Shown: piece by piece, positions 46,378-60,703 of the stretch | Numbering within the stretch: the first letter of the stretch is position 1 | Layout of the letters: each line of letters opens with the position of its first letter | Source: Mantamonas sphyraenae STR306 | Taxonomy: Eukaryota > Protista > CRuMs | Assembly: GCA_026936335.1 (NCBI GenBank) | Contig: JAPMXV010000031.1 | Location: 310,001-374,000 of the forward strand | DNA: 64,000 nucleotides | Direction of reading: 5' to 3' | Notes under the pieces: generated by a model | The model's database searches: none | Told to the model about the DNA's origin: nothing | What the model saw: the letters and a program-made list of their open reading frames with translations, nothing else | Position numbers and translations under genes: made by a program

Positions 46378-47683
46378 ATGAGCGTTTCTCGACCGCGTGT
46401 GTTCTTTGATGTGTCCATCGGCAACGAAGATGGTAGGATGTGCAGGCGGTGTGGCGAGGGAGGGAGCCCTTGGAAAGGCGGAAAGGGCGGAAATTCTTCA
46501 AGCATCCTCATCGCTCACACTCGTGGTTTTCATCCCCACGCTCGCGTGGCTTCTCCAATGGGCATGCAGTTGGCCGAGTGGTGTTTGAGTTGTACTCGGA
46601 CATTGTGCCCAAGACGGCAGAGAACTTCCGAGCCCTGTGCACAGGTAAGCGGGTGGCTCGGGGCGTCGTGCATGAACGGAAAGACGACAACGACGACGCC
46701 GGAGCGAAAGCGGGTTTCTGACACGGTCGGCGCGATGCACAGGCGAAAAGGGCACAGGAAAGCTGGGCAAGCCGCTGCACTACAAAGGCTGCCCGTTCCA
46801 CCGCATCATCCCTGGGTTCATGGTGCAAGGAGGCGACTTTACGGCGCAGAACGGCACAGGCGGCGAAAGCATCTACGGGGAGAAGTTTGAAGACGAGAAC
46901 TTTGAGGAGAAGCACACCGGGGCAGGGTTGCTGTCCATGGCCAATGCTGGCGCAGGCACCAACGGCAGTCAGTTCTTCATCACAGTGGCCAAGACAGAGT
47001 GGTTGGACAACAAGCACGTGGTGTTTGGCCGTGTGCTGAAAGGCATGGACACCGTGCGTCTTCTGGAGGAACAGGGTTCACGCGACGGTGCCACGTCTGC
47101 CCTCTGCTACATCCGCGACTGCGGTGAGCTGAGTGAAGGGGAGGACGACGGTGTGGCCGATCCCGAGGACGGCGATCCATACCCGTTGTTCCCGGCAGAC
47201 ATGGAAACACCCATCGAAACCACCGAAGAGACCATTGCGGTGGCCACCCAGATCAAAAACTACGGCAACAAGTTGTACAAGGCCAAGGATTACGCAGGCG
47301 CCGTCAAGAAGTACAGCAAGGCGCTGCGCTACATCAAGGCCGACTACCCGGGACCCGAGGAGGTGGAAGCCTTCAACGCACTCAAGGCCAGTGTGCTGCT
47401 GAATCGTGCGGCATGCCAGCTTGCTCAGAAGCAGTATGAGCCTGTGATTGAGTCCTGCGACGCGGCCCTGGAGATCGACGACACGCTGTCCAAGGCATAC
47501 TTCCGTCGTGGAAAGGCCCTGTTTGCCACGGGGGCCCTGGACAAGGCCCTTGCGGACATTGACCGATGCCTGGAGCTCAACGGTGACGACTCGGCCGTAC
47601 TGAAAGAGAAGAAGCGCATCCAGGCAGCACTGGATCGCGAACGGAAGGAGGAAGAGGACATGTACGCGGCCATGTTTGAATGA
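46378..47683 (+). CDS. PPID: Cyclophilin-40 (PPIase + TPR), 3 exons
   Basis: [58 protein letters not shown]-terminal TPRs. Confidence 0.95.
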
Positions 47684-47794
47684 GTGGATACAAGAGGGAA
47701 GGAGGGAGGGGGGGGGATGGGGAGTGTGCACATGGATGTGTGTGTGCGTGTGGAAGGACCGCGGGAGACACCCCAACAAAAACCGACTCTGCAG

Positions 47795-50700
47795 ATGTCC
47801 GAGGCCAAAGAAACAGGGACAGCCGCAGCAGCGGCAGCAACAAAGGTTGGTGGAGGTGCAGTGGACGACGAGTACGAGTCGTCGGACTTTGAAGAGGAGG
47901 AAACGGAAGCGGAGATGACGGATGAGTCCTCGTCGCCGGCCAAGAGCGCACGCAGCACGACAGGAGGAACGAAGGAGAAGCAAGGCCAGGAGAGCAGCAA
48001 TACAACAAACGAACCAACGACGAGTGAGGCGAACAAATCGTCAGAAGGAGCACAAGAGGCACAGGGGGAGGGGCAAGAAGAGGACGAGGACGAGGACGAG
48101 GACGAAGATGAAGAGCAAGACGAAACGGACGACGGAGCAGCGAGCGAAACCGCGGCGAGCACAAAGAGCAGTGCTCGACCGGACCTGAAACTGGACCTGG
48201 ATCCGCTACAGAACAAGCCGACACAGATGAGTGAGCACGAAGCGTACCAGGCATACCCAAGGTGAGTGCGGAGCGGCGGCGGGCAGGGGTTGGGTGAAGG
48301 TCGACTGCTTTTGTGGCAGGGAGCACACACATACGAGGCCATGCACTCAGCAAGGGAACAGGCCCTTACAAGAACATGTGTGGGACACTGACACCCAATT
48401 GGGCTCGGGGCGATGCGCAACGGACGGTGGCTGGGGCGGGGGCGAACGTGGGAACGGATTGGCGAAAACGGTCAGCGCGCGCACGGACGATTCGGAGTGG
48501 AGCGAAGGGGTGGGCCAGGAGATCGGCGGCGGAGATGGCATCCAAACGATTGTGGACCAGTTTGACCCCAGCAGCGTTGATGAGGGCAACGTGGAGATGC
48601 AGCTGCAGGACATGGTGCGCGAGTATCTGCGCTACCACGAAATGACCGCCAGCCTGCACGCTTTCGACGAGGACTTGCTGCAGCAAAACGTAGGTGATGG
48701 CACACACAGCCTGTCGCATGTATTCCTGCACGCCTTTGTGTCACAGTGTGCCCGCGTCGTCCTCATGGCAAGCGACAGCAAGAAAGGGAACGAGAACACT
48801 GACGCCCGCAACCCGGGAATCGTTCACCTCACCCTCCACAGATCAAGTCAGGTCAGGTGCAGCCAAAGGACGTTGTGATTGAACAGTTCCTGTTTGCGTT
48901 TGACACGGGAGACTACCAAGAGGTGCTGGAGCTGTGGGAAACGCATGTGCCAGCGATGATCCGACACAGCGATCCCACGTGTTTGAAGATCGAGTTTTAC
49001 GTGCACATTTTCATGGCGATTTTCCCGCTGCTTGCGCAACGTGCAGGCATACGGTTCAAGTACGGCGTGGAAAAGACGATGGCCATCTTCAAGACGTTTC
49101 TGGAGACGCGTGGGGCGATCCTGGCAAAGACGTCTGAGTTTCTGCAGTTCTATGCACTGCCGTTTATTGACAATGTGGAGCAGCATCCTGCGTTCAAGGA
49201 GCTGTTTGCGCCACAGTGGGCCACGGCGTTGCGTGCTCGCCTGTTGCGTTTCCTGGACATGAGCATCAAGCCCATGAGCAAGCCGATGCTGTACAACCTG
49301 CTCATGCACAACGCCGGCTACACGCGCAACACCCAACACATGGTGGAAAACACCCAGGGCGAGGTGCATTCCCTCTCGCAAAAGCTGGCCGACGCCGAGC
49401 GGCGCGAACTGCAGCTCAAGCAGGCGTTCCTGACACGCATCGAAAACTTCCAGCAGGACTACAACGCCGTGTTTGCCATTGCCGCTGAGCTCATCGACGT
49501 GTTGGCCATCACACGTGAAGGCAAGGTGGTCAACGAGGAGTACCTGCGCTACGTGGCCTCCAAGCTGAGCCGCTACGACTTGGGCTACGGCGCCGCCACG
49601 CCACGCTCCGCTCGTGGCGGCAACGCTGCCGCCCCGTCGCCTCGCAACAACGGCCCTCCCACAGGCAGGAGCGTGGGGGGTCCAGGAGGAGGACAGCAAG
49701 GCGACGTGGGTGCTGGTGAGGGTGGCGGACAACGGCGTGTGCAGCGGCCGCCTTCGCGCTCGAAACCGCCGCGAAACACAGGCGGACCCGGACCCGGAGG
49801 GGAGTATGGAGAAGAGGGACGAGGAGGAGGACGAGGCAGCAGTAGCAGCAGGATGGGAGGCGGTGGAGGGATGTCAAGTGCCAGCGTGACAAGCACACGG
49901 GGTGCTGGTGGTGCGGGTGGAGTGCGAGACAGTGGGGCAAGTCTGTACGCGGGTGCCGGTGCCGGTGGTGGCAACATGCGTGGACAGCCGCGCAGGTCGG
50001 CCATTCTTGCAGCGTTGGATTACCGCAAGCTGAAGTTTGATCTGTTGGACAGCAACGACGAAAACAAGATTCTGATCCTGCAGGCGCTGCGCTGGCGGCT
50101 GACCAAGTCGCAAGCGGGCAGATCGCGCAGGAGGGTGATGCAAACGTACATTCAGAACGATCTGCTGTGCTGTGGCAAGGAACAGGAGTTGAAGGAGCTG
50201 GAAGACTTGTTGCCCTCGCTGGTGGGTGCCGAAGACATGGATTTGCAAACGTATGCGCTGTGGCTGGTCAACACAATGGCATCGGAGTCGTTTGGACGCA
50301 CGTACCTGCTGCAGCACCACAAACTGGTGTCGTCGCTGTGCCAGGTGATGTTTGGCGAGGTGGACGACACGTTGGTGCGACAAAACGCGCTGGGGTCGCT
50401 GCAAAAGGTGTCGTTGCGTCGCAAGGCCCAGGAGGAGATGATTGGGCTGGGTATGATCCAGTGGCTGGTGAGCATCCTGCACCAGACCGAGCTGCTGAGC
50501 GACTACACCATCGAGTATGCGACGGCGCTGCTGATGAACCTGAGCCTGCGCACCATGGGCAAGCGTGTGTGCGAAGACGAGGGTCTGGACATCCTGACAC
50601 TGCTCAACGACATGCTGGAGCACGAAAACATGCAAGTGCGTGCGTACATCAACGGCACGCTGTACTCGGTGCTGTCGCGGCAACCGCTGAAGGAGCGTGC

Positions 50701-51511
50701 CAAGGAGTTGGGCCTGGACGGCATCCTGGAATACTTGATGGGTCGGTCGGACGAAACGATGGCAAAGCAACTGTCGTTCATTGCCAAGCAACTGTCGGAG
50801 CCTGCGGACGAACGGCTGGAGAGCGACGACGAGGACGAAGACGAGGAGGACGAGGAGTTTGAGGACGAGGACGAAGACATGGAGTTTTACGACGAAGACG
50901 AAACGTACCACAATCCACACGGGCTGCCTCAGGGTGAAGAGCTGCTGTGCGGTCAGTACCTGGCCAACACGGAGGATGCGCTGGAAGAGACGCAAAAGGT
51001 GAATGTGGTGCTCGCCGTGGAAGAGCAGCGGCAGATGGCACTGCGCAAGAGCATGGAGTCGATGTCACACAGCGGAGAAGGTGGAGGCCGTGGTGGTGGT
51101 GCTGGTGGTGCTGGTGGGTCACAAGGAGCGGGTGGGGACGCCGGTGGCAAGAGTGCACCGTTGCACAGACCCACCACGCCACGCAACAACACACAGCCGG
51201 AAGATCCTTTTACGGCAAACCGATCGCTGTTGCGAACGCCGCCGACGTCGACGTCGTCGTCGAGCACGCTGAGCAGAAGCTTCATGTCTGAGGGCGGAGG
51301 CGGCGGCAAGAGGCGAGCACGGTTGGACATGGACGACACCAGTCGGTCTGTGGAGAAGCCAAGTCGAAAGACATTGCAAAAGGCAGTGGCCAAGGAAGAG
51401 AATGTGGACGAGAAGCGGATCAACGAGTTGGAGGAAGAGTACGTCAATGCGTTTGCCACCCGATCACGCGTGGCACGCACCCCACAGGCTGGACAGAGGC
51501 GAGTACGATGA
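47795..51511 (+). CDS. ARMC9: LisH domain / armadillo protein ARMC9 (ciliary), multi-exon
   Basis: LisH MVREYLRYHEMTASLHAFDED, KIEFYVHIFMAIFP, EFLQFYALPF, LQALRWRLTKS, RQNALGSLQKVSLRR, EYATALLMNLSLR. The 5' exon structure is less certain. Confidence 0.9.
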
Positions 51512-51605
51512 TGGTGATGATGGGAATGGCTGGGTGGTGTGTGCAGTGAGTGGAACAGGCGCAGACGCGCGCGTGCACACACACTCCACCACCACCCCAG
51601 GCACA

Positions 51606-53275
51606 ATGGACCTCAAGGGCAATGAATATGAACGCAAACGGAGGGAGAACATGCTGGCGAACGAAAAGATGTTGCAGGAGCTGGAGTTGGCACAGATGAG
51701 TGAGGGCCTGTTTGAAACGGGAGGCGGAGGCGGAGGTGGTGGCAAACGCAAGGGCCGTGCACGTGCCAGTGGGACCAAAAGGCAGCGTGTGGCAGACACG
51801 GTGCCCACAAGGCGCTCGGCACGGCTGTCGAAACAGGAGGAGGACAAAAAGGAGGAACTGGTGTCGCTTCCGGACGATTTCGACGACCGCAAGGTGAGCT
51901 TGGCCAAGGCGAAGCGGCAGGTGCCTGCAGAACGCATGCTGGGACCAGTGGAGATGGCCGATGTGGTGTGGAACCATCGACGTGGGACGGCACATGCGTT
52001 TGTTCAAGACGTGGTGCTGCCTCTGGGCGGAGCCTGGAGTGCAACGACGGACACGCCCCTGGCTGATCAGGCCGGCTACAAACTTGTGCCCAGTGTCAAG
52101 GCGGTGGACAAGCGGCCCTTTAGCATTGCGTTCCATCCGTCGACCGACCGTCTCATTGCCATTGCAGGCGACAAAACCGGCCAGTTGGGCTTCTGGTTGC
52201 ACAGTCCCGACGGGTTCTCGGGATTCAGCAGCTCGTCGTCGTCGTCGTCCTCCTCCTCCGTGCAAAAGTCGCCGGCGAAGAAAGGCAAGAAAGAGGAGGA
52301 AGAGGAGGCCAAAGGAAAGCAGGGAGAAGAGATCCAAGACAAGAAAGGGGAGGGGGAGAGGACGAGTTGGACGAGGATGGGGTTTCGGACGACGAAAACG
52401 ATGTGGAGCGGACAATTCTCAAGTTGCAGCCTCACACACGAGTGATCAGCGCCATCCAATGCTCGCCTTTGGACGGCAACCGAGTGTTTACATGTGGATA
52501 CGACGGCGTGGTGCGTTACACGGACATGGAGAAGGAGGTGTTTGTGCAGGTGTACAGCACGCCAGACGATTGGCGTGCGGTGTGTCTCACCTCGCTTGAG
52601 ATGGTGGGTGGGTCGCCACACACAATGATGTGCTCGACCAACCAGGGTGCAGTGGCCCTGTTGGACGACCGAGAGGACGGAAGCAAGGTGAAATGGCACG
52701 ATTTGCACGATCGCAAGATTGGCCAGCTGGCGTGCCATCCCACACACGAGCAACTGATGCTCACGTCGTCTCTGGACACAACCATTTGTCTGTGGGATCG
52801 TCGCAAGTTGAACAAGGAGCCGCTGCTGACGCTGGATGGGCAGAGCAAGGCATCGAATGGGATTGCGTTTTCTCCACTCACAGGCACGCGCATCACCTCT
52901 GTGTGTTATGACGACTATGTGCGAGTGTGGGACTTTGATCCAGGTGCGTCCAAGGTGGGCAAGGCACGGCAACTGAAACACAACAACAACACAGGCCGCT
53001 GGGTCACGCCGTTCAAGATTGGGTTTGATCTCAAGGACGAAACACGTATTTTGGTGGGAAACATGCGCCGTGCAGTGGATATCTTTGTGTTGGAGGAATA
53101 CTCGGGCAAGGTGGACACCAAGAAGGGACCTGTGGTCAAGGAGATGTTGCAGCTGGCGGACGAGGAGGAGTTTACAGCCATCCCGTCGCTCAACGCCACC
53201 CATCCGTCGCTGGATGCCATTGCATGTGCCACCGCAAGTGGACGCACGTACATGTGGCTTGGTAAAGGTTTCTGA
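51606..53275 (+). CDS. WDR76: WDR76/Cmr1-like WD40 protein with apparent frameshift near 52350
   Basis: NEYERKRRENM...N, PTRRSARL, IAFHPS...AGDKTGQLG, HNNNTGRWVTPF, VGNMRRAVDI. The two halves lie in different frames. Confidence 0.85.
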
Positions 53276-53289
53276 GAGGCAATCTTTGT

Positions 53290-55059
53290 TCATTGACTCG
53301 TTGCCGGCACCAACACCTGCGCCTTGTTCTTGCCTCCCTTTTCACGCAGAATGGCCTCCATGCCCTGCTTGTTCAACTCCACCAGCAGTTCCAACACAGT
53401 GCCTTCGCTGGCCGGCAATTCCAGTGTGCACACCTTGACCATGTTGCGCTTGTCCTGGCCGTGAAACAGATCGATGCTTGCGCCCTTGGCCGATGCGCGC
53501 ACTCCCACACGTGCCCTGCATGGAAGCACCGTATCCTTTTCCACCAGCACATGTACGTTGCCCTCCTTGTCCATTGTGCTGATGGCCTGCGGCAGCGCTG
53601 CAAACGGCACCACAGCACCGTCCAGATCCGCATCGGGTTGTCCCTCCAGCAGCGACGCCTGTGTGCGTGCAAAATAGGGAGCAAAGTGTGAGTGGGAGTT
53701 TTGAGAAACAAGGGAAGGGCAGTGTGAAGACGGGTGCAAGGCAGTTGCTACCGTACCTGAATGGCTGCACCCATGCTGGGCAGATCTTGCACATTGTTGG
53801 GATTGACCACCTTTGTGTTGGGTCCGAACATGTTGCCCACCGTCGAGGCTATCCTGGGCATGCGTGTGGCGCCGCCAGAAAAGATGAGGAGGTCGACATC
53901 GGCCGGGGTGATGGAGCATTCGTCGAGAAGCGAGGTGACCAGGGCTCGCGTGGCTGCAAGCACGTCAGACGACAGATCCTCAAAGCGGGAACGGCTGATC
54001 TGCGAGTCAAAGTCGATGCCCTCGTGCAACGAGTCGCAGTGGAGGGAGGCCTGTTGGGTTTGCGAGAGAGAGTGCTTGAGATCAATGCACTTTGCACGCA
54101 ATTTGGCCATACTACGCTTGGATTCGGCCAGATCCATGCGTTCCTTGCGTTGGAACTCTTTGGCAAAGTGATTCACCAGCACATCGTCCAGAGCCTTGCC
54201 TGCCACGCCGCGTTTCTCCACCCTGTGTTGCACCTGCATGACGCCCTTGTTTACAAGCACCATGCTTGCGCATGCGCTCTCCCCACCCATCTTCAATACC
54301 AACACCCGGTGTGTGGCTCCCTTGGCCTTCCCTGTGGCTGTTTTGGAGGTGGCACTGCTGCTTCCACTGCTGCTTCCACTGCTGCCACTGCTGCTGCCGC
54401 TCTCGTCTTGCTTCTCTTCCTCCTCCTCCTCGTCCGCATACAGATCCAAGCCCAGTGCACACGCCACAGCGATGGGCTCCTCCACAAATCGCAGCACCGT
54501 CACGCCTGCCTTGCTGGCCGCCTGTGTGAGCATGGTGCGCTGTGCCTTGTCCATGGACGCGGCCACAGAGACCACCGCCTGATCCACCGTGCCTTCCGCG
54601 GCGCTTTCGGCCAACCGTTTCAGCTCGGCAAACACGAGACTGGTCAGTTCCACCGTGCTCATGGTGGTTTCGTGTTTGTCACCCTCCTCGTCGGGCACCA
54701 GCAGCTCGTGCTCCTCCTCTGTGCTGTGCGTCACGCTCTCCAGGCAGCTGTGCGGGTTGCGCCGGGCGTGGCTCTTTGCACCTGCGCCAAACACACACTC
54801 GTCCGGAAGCACCATGCCCAACATGTTGCCAGTCTGGTTCGATCCATCGTCGTTGAGCACCACGTGTGCTCCGTTTTCCTGTGTGACGTGTGTCCGCAAC
54901 AAGCCCGGTTCATCGCGTATCAGCATGCAGGTCGCCCTGGCGTCACACTCACTCACACACACACTCCTGTACCTTGTACAATGCTACACTGAGGTTGGTA
55001 CGGCCAATGGAAATGCCAACAGGCACGCCAGATGCAGCAGATGAGGATGAGGAGGACAT
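53290..55059 (-). CDS. HSPA14: Atypical Hsp70 (HSPA14/Ssz1-like, ribosome-associated complex), 3 exons
   Basis: VGISIG, VVLNDDGSNQT, EEPIAVACALGL, VAGKALDDVLVNHFAKEFQRK, CDSLHEGIDF, ISRSRFE, GGATRMPRI. Truncated substrate-binding domain without lid. Confidence 0.85.
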
Positions 55060-55191
55060 GAACAACCGCCTCTGTCTTTTTGAGTGTGTCGGACTGCGCC
55101 ACATGGTTGTGTGAGAATGAATGGTGAGGTTTACTGAGCACGGTCGTCTCTGGCACTGCTGCCAGTGAGGTGAGTGCTGGCGGTGGGAGCT

Positions 55192-58100
55192 CTATTCATC
55201 GAGAAGAGCCTCGGGCACATATCCCATCTGACCATCGACCTCACACCAGGCCCAGCCGTCCTGACGTTGAAGCACATTCACCGTGGAGCCCTCGTTGACT
55301 GTGAGCTGGTTTTGACCAGCGCCGATAAACGTGGTCTTCACTCGGCTCTTGCTGCGTGGAGGGATGGTGCTGGTTTCCACAACCTCCTCTTCCTCCTCTG
55401 TGACCACTTGTGGCACAGCGTACGCGTTCTCCTCTTCCGCAGCAGCCATGGAAGCGGTTGTGGTGCCGTTCAGCTCTTGCATGGCAACCTCCTCCACGTG
55501 CACCGCAGGTGGCTGCTCCCTGCTGTGTGTCGGCCTCGCTTGCGACTGATTCTGTGTCTGCTGAGGGCGCTCCACGTCCACTTCTGTCCTGCTGTGGGTA
55601 TTCTTCTCGTTGTTGATATGGCGGTCACTTGGGGCACCCTCTTGGTTTGCTGCATCGGCTGCAGCATTGAACTTGGCCATTTTGGTCAGAGTCTCCATCT
55701 CTTGCTTGTCCTTTTTGGACAGACACATGCTTGGCATCATGCTGACGTGGCGATCCAATTGCGCCTGGCGCATCAGCTGGATCAACTCCGTCATCACCTG
55801 CTTTGCGTGCTCATCCACTTCTGGGTGGTTGAAGAATGTGATCAACGTCGTGTGTTGCTTGTCCACAAACAGCTCGGTGATGTTGTCCTTGATAAAGTGT
55901 GCGCGAAAGTCGAGCTGCTGGCCCTGGGCAAACTTCTGGTACGTTTTCAGTGCCTGCTCGTACTCGTCCTTGCGTGTAAACTGCGTGGCAATCAGGTCCA
56001 CAAACATCTTCATAAACTCGGGACGCAGCAGAGTCCAGGCGATTTCTTCGATGCGGTAGTTTTGCGGATCAACGACCACGTTGTCGTACTGCTCGCCGCC
56101 AGCCTGCGATTTGGGTGCCTGACTGCGCTTCCGTTCCATCTTCTGTTCGCGACGGAACCGTCCCACTGTGCGCAGGTTGCGCTTTTCCAGCACCACAAAC
56201 ACGAGGATGAGCAGGAGCATGAGGGCCAGCAATCCAATCGTCACATACGACAGCACTTCGCGCGTAAACTTGGTGACCCCAATGCCCAGGAAGCCCAACC
56301 CCACCACCAGAGTAGCAAAGTTGGCCATGAGCAGGGAAAGCGCCATCACGTTGTGGTAGCGGAAGCGGTAAGGGGTGGTGCGGATCTGCAGGAGACAGGT
56401 CAACACAAGCAGCAGCTGGCCAAACATGCCTTGGATGAGTCCCAGCGTGGTGAACACCTTGAGCATGATCATGAACGCCTTGCGCATGAGGTTGATGCAC
56501 TCAAAGTAGTAGTAGCGGGGCTTGTAGCGTTCGTACAGGGAGCCAAACGTCTCATAGCTCTCCTCGCTGTCCAGATTGTCCCTGTTCAGCCACAACAGCA
56601 GGAGCACACCGGCAGGAATGCCAAGGACGTACACAAACAGCGACACGAGGCCATAGAGTACCAGTTCCTCGTGCTCGGGGCTTTCCCAGCACAGAATCTT
56701 GGGATTGGCAGTGAGGGCGCTGCGACCCGGGCTGATCTCGGAGCATGCAAATGCCTCTGTGGTTTTGCTTGTCAGAATGATGTACATGAGGATGAGCATG
56801 AGGCAAAAGGCGTTGCAGGTGGAGCGGACGACGTCGATGGCAGGCTGGCTTTCGGTGAACCATGTGCTGACGCTGTATCGCATCTGATGCAGGGTGTGGC
56901 GCACAAAGCCCATCACTGTGTGTTCGTAACCCTTCGGGGGCACGGCACAGAAGCCAGGGGCGCGGCTGCGGACGCGTTCACCCCATCGGTTGACCAGGAG
57001 GCCACGCAGGAGCTCGAGGATGAGGAGGACAAGCATGACGCCGAGCACAATGAACGGAATCAGCAGAACAAACTTGAACTTGTCGTTGTACGTGAGGCCG
57101 TTGATGTTGCACTCGGGGGCGCTGACATCGATGTTCAGGTTGGTGATGGTGAGCAACGAAAACATCTGCAGCACAATGTCGGGCCAGTTCATGCGAAAGT
57201 CTGCAAACAGCGCCGTCATCTGCAACAGCGACAGTCCCATGGCCAGCGTGCCTGCCGATCGCCGCACGCCAATCTTGCGCACAACAAAGAGAAAGATGAG
57301 AAAACCAATGATCGTGAGGGTCAACGCAATGCTGGGATTGCTGGGGCAGCGTTCGCACAGCGATGACAGCTGGTAGAAGCCTGCCTCGCATGTGCTGCAC
57401 AAACGTCCCGTGTATCCCAGGCTGCAGACAGAGGCGCCTCCGCGGCAAGCTTGCGGTACGGAGCAGCGCAGAAAGGTGAAATCGCCCGGATTGCCGCTGT
57501 TCCAGAAGCCCGGCTGGGCCAGCGGTTTGGTGGCCAGGCCATTGCACACGGCACCCTCGGGACAGGCAAGACAGGCCTGTCCAGCCAAGCCCTGCGGGTG
57601 GTAGAAGCCAGCCTGGCATGCACAGTTGTCCACGCTGCCGCTGCCAGGGCCGGAAAAGGTGTTGTCCGGACAGTCGATCTGTTGGACGGAGCCCAGAGGA
57701 CAGTAGGTGTTCTCTGCACACACGGTGCACGAGTCTGTGCCAGGCAGGGGCTTGACAGTGCCTGCGGCGCAGGGTTCACACGGAGAGTTGTCGTTGGGAG
57801 AACTCTGGCCCGCGGGGCACACGCTGACAAAGGACATGATCCCCTTGGAGGGCGAGTACTGCTGTGCGTTCTGGGAAATGCTCACCTCTGCGGTGCCGCT
57901 GGTGTTGAAGCTGGTCATGTTGAGGGTGAGCAAACCGGACGAGCGGTACTCTGCGTAGCCCAGGCGTGTCTGGCCCGTGCTCAGCAGCGTCATGTTGACC
58001 AAAATGGTGCCGGTGGATACAAACGGCGATCCGAGGATGCTGATGGGCAGGTTGCGCTCGATCGTGGACAGCACCGTGGCCGGTTCGATGCGCGTCACAA

Positions 58101-60703
58101 GCGGGTCCGCATACACGCTAAAGGTGGACGGCAGCGAGTATTGATTGTTGCCCGACAGCGACAGGCGGATTTCCACGGTTTCCGTGAATCCGCCCAAGTT
58201 GAGGGTGGGACGAAAGTCGGGCAGGATGCACTGCAGCACAGAGACGTTGCTCGGTTTGGTCACACACGGTGCCAACAGGTTCGTGCCCTGGCCATCGGTG
58301 ATTTTGATGCGCACTGTGTCTGCATACATCGCAGGCGGCACAGCAGCCGCCTGCACGTGCGGAATGGGAACCTCGATAACGGTGCCTCCCGTCAGCGGTC
58401 CAGAAACAGGTCGCACGCCATACGACGGCCGCACGGTGAAAAAGTAGTAACTGCCGATGTTTTGCGAGTCCAGGCCGTTGTTGAACGTGACATTGAGGCT
58501 CACGGGCGACTCGAGGGTGCCGTTGATGGTACGTGCCTCGGGCGCCAGGCATGCAAAGCTGGTCAGGGTCTGATCGACGGCGGCGACGCTGTAATGGTTG
58601 CCAAACGTGCATCGCACCTGTCCCGTGGGCAGGAAGCCCGTGCCGGTGATGTTGACGTAGGTGCCGCCGAGATCGGAGCCCACGCGTGGCAGGAAGCCGG
58701 AGATGGTGGGGTTGAGGGCGTAAAACACGGGTGCAGTGTAAAGTGGGTACGAATTGGTGTCGCCTGCGACGGTGTACACACCGGGGCTGGGGAAGTTGGG
58801 TGTGCTGCATCGCAACTGGGTGCTGCTTGAACCTGCGCCGTTGCAGGTGACGCTGAAGCTGTTGCTGCCATTCTGCTGCGTGTACACCAGGGTGTTTGCA
58901 TTGCTGGTGAGACTGGCGCCCGTGACCACCAGGTCCGTGGGGTTGTTGAATTGGCGTGCAATCGGCTGCAGGGAATCCAGTTGCGGAAACACCACGTTGC
59001 ACTCGGTAGCCCCCGTGGTGAGCACAGAACGGCCGGGAGCACACTTACGACACGGTGCCATGCTGCTGTGGTTGCTGTACTTGCCACGCGGACACCCCTC
59101 ACACGCCTGCGGGAAGTTTTTCAACTGACGACCCGGCGGACATTCGTAGGCCAGGTTGACCAGGCCACCCGCGTTGGCTTCAAAGTTGTCGTCTCCCACG
59201 GATCCCATGACGACTTGGTTGCGTCGCCAGTCGATGGAGTGTGTGCGTGCGTTGAGACCATACTCGTCGTTGCCCGAGTGGGTGATCTCCACACTCGACG
59301 TGGTCACCTGGAATTCGCTGTCGTATGCCACCCACATGCCACGACGGCCCTTCCATACCCACACCCCGTCTGAGTACGGAAACGCATACACGGCCGCGCC
59401 GAAATCGTCCGAGGACGTTGGACTTGTCGAGGTCAGCTCTGCCACTTGGCCCCAGTTGTCGACTCCGCCCTTGTTGCGGTGGAACACGTGTGCGCGGCCC
59501 ACATTGCCGTAGTACGACGAAGGGGAAATCTGTGTGCGTGCTCCTGGTGAGCCCACCTGCGGGGAAGGGATCCTGTGTGTGAGTGTACTGGGGAAAAAGG
59601 ACACTGCAGGCAGCGCGAAAACGAGGCGACCAGACTCACCACCAAAACGCCCGTCTCGCTGCTGATGCTGACGGCTGTGCCAAAGCGGTCGCCGCTGTAC
59701 GGCGTGGATGACGTGGGACCTATGCGCTTGACGAGTCCAAAGTTGTTTGGGCCGCCCTCTGTGTGTGTGTGTGTGTGTGTGGGTGTGAGGAGCCGTCCGG
59801 ACAAGGGATCGCGGACAGGGCGAGGAAGGGATGGCAAGGGCCCAACGTACGATTGCGAGCGTAGAGAAAGACGGTGCCAAAGCCAAACTTGCTTGTGCTG
59901 GTTTCGGGATAGTCGGGGTTGAGGTTCTGTGCGGGTACGACGAGGTACACGGTGGCGTCGTTGGTGTCAAATTCGAGGCTGCTGTAGCCCACCTGGGCAT
60001 TGTAATCCTCGCGGGGCACAGGTTGCACAAAGGTGTGGAAGCCCCAATTGTCTGTTCCTCCGTGGTTGCGGCCGTAGATGTACACCGAAGTTTGGGCGTA
60101 GGTGGAGACGGCCAACCACATGCCGTCGCTGCTGAAGCTCACCACACGGCCAAACTGGATGGTTGTGGTGAATGGGACCAGTGTCGCATTGGGTGCCAAA
60201 TCCTTAACACGTCCCCACTGGTCTGCACCGCCCTGGTTGCGTGCATAGAGGAGCACACGCCCGGTGTACGTGCTCTGCGACGCCGACCAACGGTAGTTGT
60301 ATCCACCCACAGCAATGAACTGTGCGTCGGGCGTCATGTCCACGGATGAACCCGTGTAGGAGAGTTGGGTCAGGGCGTCGGCGTGGTCCACGCTGGTGTT
60401 GAGTAGCATGCGAAAGTCAAACGTGGTGTTGTCTTGCTGCGACCGATAGAAGACAGCCACACGTCCCTGTGGGTATGTGTTGTCATTCGGTGCCCCTGCC
60501 ACCATAATGTCGCCTTGCAGCGCTGTCGATGATCCCAACGCTGCCTGCTCAAACGCCGCCAGAGTGATGTTCACCTCTCTGTAGTAGCCAATGTCCCCTG
60601 TGCGTGAGAACAACCCGTGTGCAGGCCATGCACACACCACAAGCATGCACAGAGCAAGCACAAGCCTTGGTCCTGCCGCGGAATGGGAGAGTCCGCGGTG
60701 CAT
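55192..60703 (-). CDS. Large surface receptor-like protein: signal peptide, FG-GAP propeller repeats, Cys-rich GCC2/GCC3-like repeats, IPT/TIG domains, multi-pass TM region, C-terminal SH3
   Basis: LGSSTAL..MVAGAP, FGRVVSF, RNQGGADQWG repeats, CEGCPRGKYS, GSDLGGTYVNITGTGF, SGPLTGGTVI, several TM helices (FGSLYERYKPRYYYFE), SH3 (QLTVNEGSTVNVLQRQDGWAWCEVDGQMGYVPEAL). Two 5' introns join in frame. Confidence 0.85.
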
